Assembly (NCBI RefSeq): GCF_006345805.1
Contig: NC_042997.1
Span: forward strand, 12,338,001 to 12,402,000
Source of the DNA: Octopus sinensis
Lineage: Eukaryota
Direction of reading: 5' to 3'
Length of the DNA stretch: 64,000 nt
Shown: piece by piece, positions 62,691 through 64,000 of the stretch
How positions within the stretch are numbered: position 1 is the stretch's first letter
How the letters are laid out: each line of letters starts with the position of its first letter
The notes under the pieces: generated by a model
Seen by the model: only the letters and a program-made list of their open reading frames with translations
Databases searched by the model: none
What the model was told of the DNA's origin: nothing
Position numbers and translations under genes: made by a program

Positions 62691-64000
62691 ATACTTATAA
62701 CCACATGCTCACACACACATACACATAAACTTGTACATAGACAGATGCTCTTACACGCAAAAACAGATCTCTCATACTCACCCAAATATCTCTTCTTTAC
62801 ATAGGTATACACACGTACATAAAGACACTGACAAACAGAAGCGCCTTAGGGGTATGTGCCGCTTGCATCATAGACGGTGTGAGTTTTCGGTAGGGTCTCA
62901 ATAGGAATGATGTTTATAGATGTTAGAGTAGGAAATGGGGTATTTTCGTTCGAAATGATTTTGGTTTCGGGTTTTAAATATTATCATGCTTTTATGATAA
63001 ACAGTAAGCTCTGTGATTTGTGAAGGAAACAAAAAAAAAAAGCAAAAAAATAAATAAATAAATAAATAAATAAAAAGAATTACAAGAAAAACGAAGCAAA
63101 GAAGTGCAACATGCAGTTAAGCATCCTTGAGATACTCACGAGTACCTCAATTGAAAAACAGTGTTGTGAACTGGGCTCTTGGACTTACTGCGTTAGTAAG
63201 AGTATGACGTCAATAGGGATAAAATAATTTGGCCTTATACATTAGCCAACAATGACATCCTCAAGAATACAATCTGCTGCACTGGGAAACCTCCTCATCC
63301 AAGAGGAAATATTCACGTCGCTCGGCCTGCATGAAATAGGTGCTAAATATCTCATACATTCTCTCTCAGAATAATAAATAATGAAGGCTACAGTAGATAA
63401 TAAAGTTTTTTATAATTGTTTATCTTCAGAAAGGTCTAAAAATCTCAATCCCCAATTTCTTCAAACCCAAATAAAAATTATCTACATGTTCTTCATATTA
63501 AACAGAAGAGATATATTTTTCTTGAAATAAATCGATGATGGGATGATAACAAATATGAACATCTGAACGCAAATCAGAGAGGGAGCCGAGTCCTTATGAA
63601 GTCAGTTAGCTTACTAGAAATAACAACTAAACCTCCTTCAAAATCCAATGCTACCATAAAGAAAACAAGTAGTCTTTTTCTGTAATAACATCCTGCAACG
63701 AAGATTAGTTAATCGTTGTTAAAACGCCTTAGATAATAGATTTCATCAATTAGAGCTCTTGTGAGAATAAACCATACCAGCTTACAAGATGCTATGACAC
63801 CTATCCTATTTTTTAATTTTAATTAGAAGCCGCATCACTATTACCATTGAATGAATAAATAATAGGACACGAAGTAAATTACTTAAAGTTGACTTAATCC
63901 CTTAGTTTCGCTTTTCCCCTCTGCATCATACATAAAACTATCACGATACATATTTAAGTGAGAAAGAATTTAGTTCATAATAGATATCTTGGAGAGCAGG

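Overview
AT-rich, microsatellite-dense eukaryotic DNA. The SINE families look like those of Octopus, so the source is inferred to be an octopus/cephalopod genome; this was not verified. No host protein-coding gene can be supported, and the window is almost entirely mobile DNA. It holds three diverged Tx1/L1-type non-LTR retrotransposons: one fully intact (5147-10508, +), one full-length but frameshifted (38011-44228, +) and one decayed with an internal deletion (~22163-26200, -). Also present are a decayed Ty3/gypsy pol, remnants of CR1, R4/Dong-like, RTE-like, Tc1 and SWIM/MULE-like elements, two non-autonomous Helitrons, many tRNA-derived SINEs and two tandem 5S rRNA-like copies. Highlights: (1) A 360-bp tandem repeat carries a minimal type I hammerhead ribozyme with a U3-A8 core. 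The array starts exactly at the predicted self-cleavage site and is preceded by a Penelope-style inverted segment. The intact Tx1 LINE is inserted into it with a 17-bp TSD, directly in front of the ribozyme. (2) All three Tx1 families have a GTAAGT splice-donor motif at the ORF1 stop codon and an acceptor-like motif just before the poly(A) signal, which suggests ORF2 can be spliced out. (3) The 5S duplication appears to result from SINE-SINE unequal recombination, with a breakpoint mappable to ~22 bp. Most ORFs in the supplied track are microsatellite or antisense artefacts.
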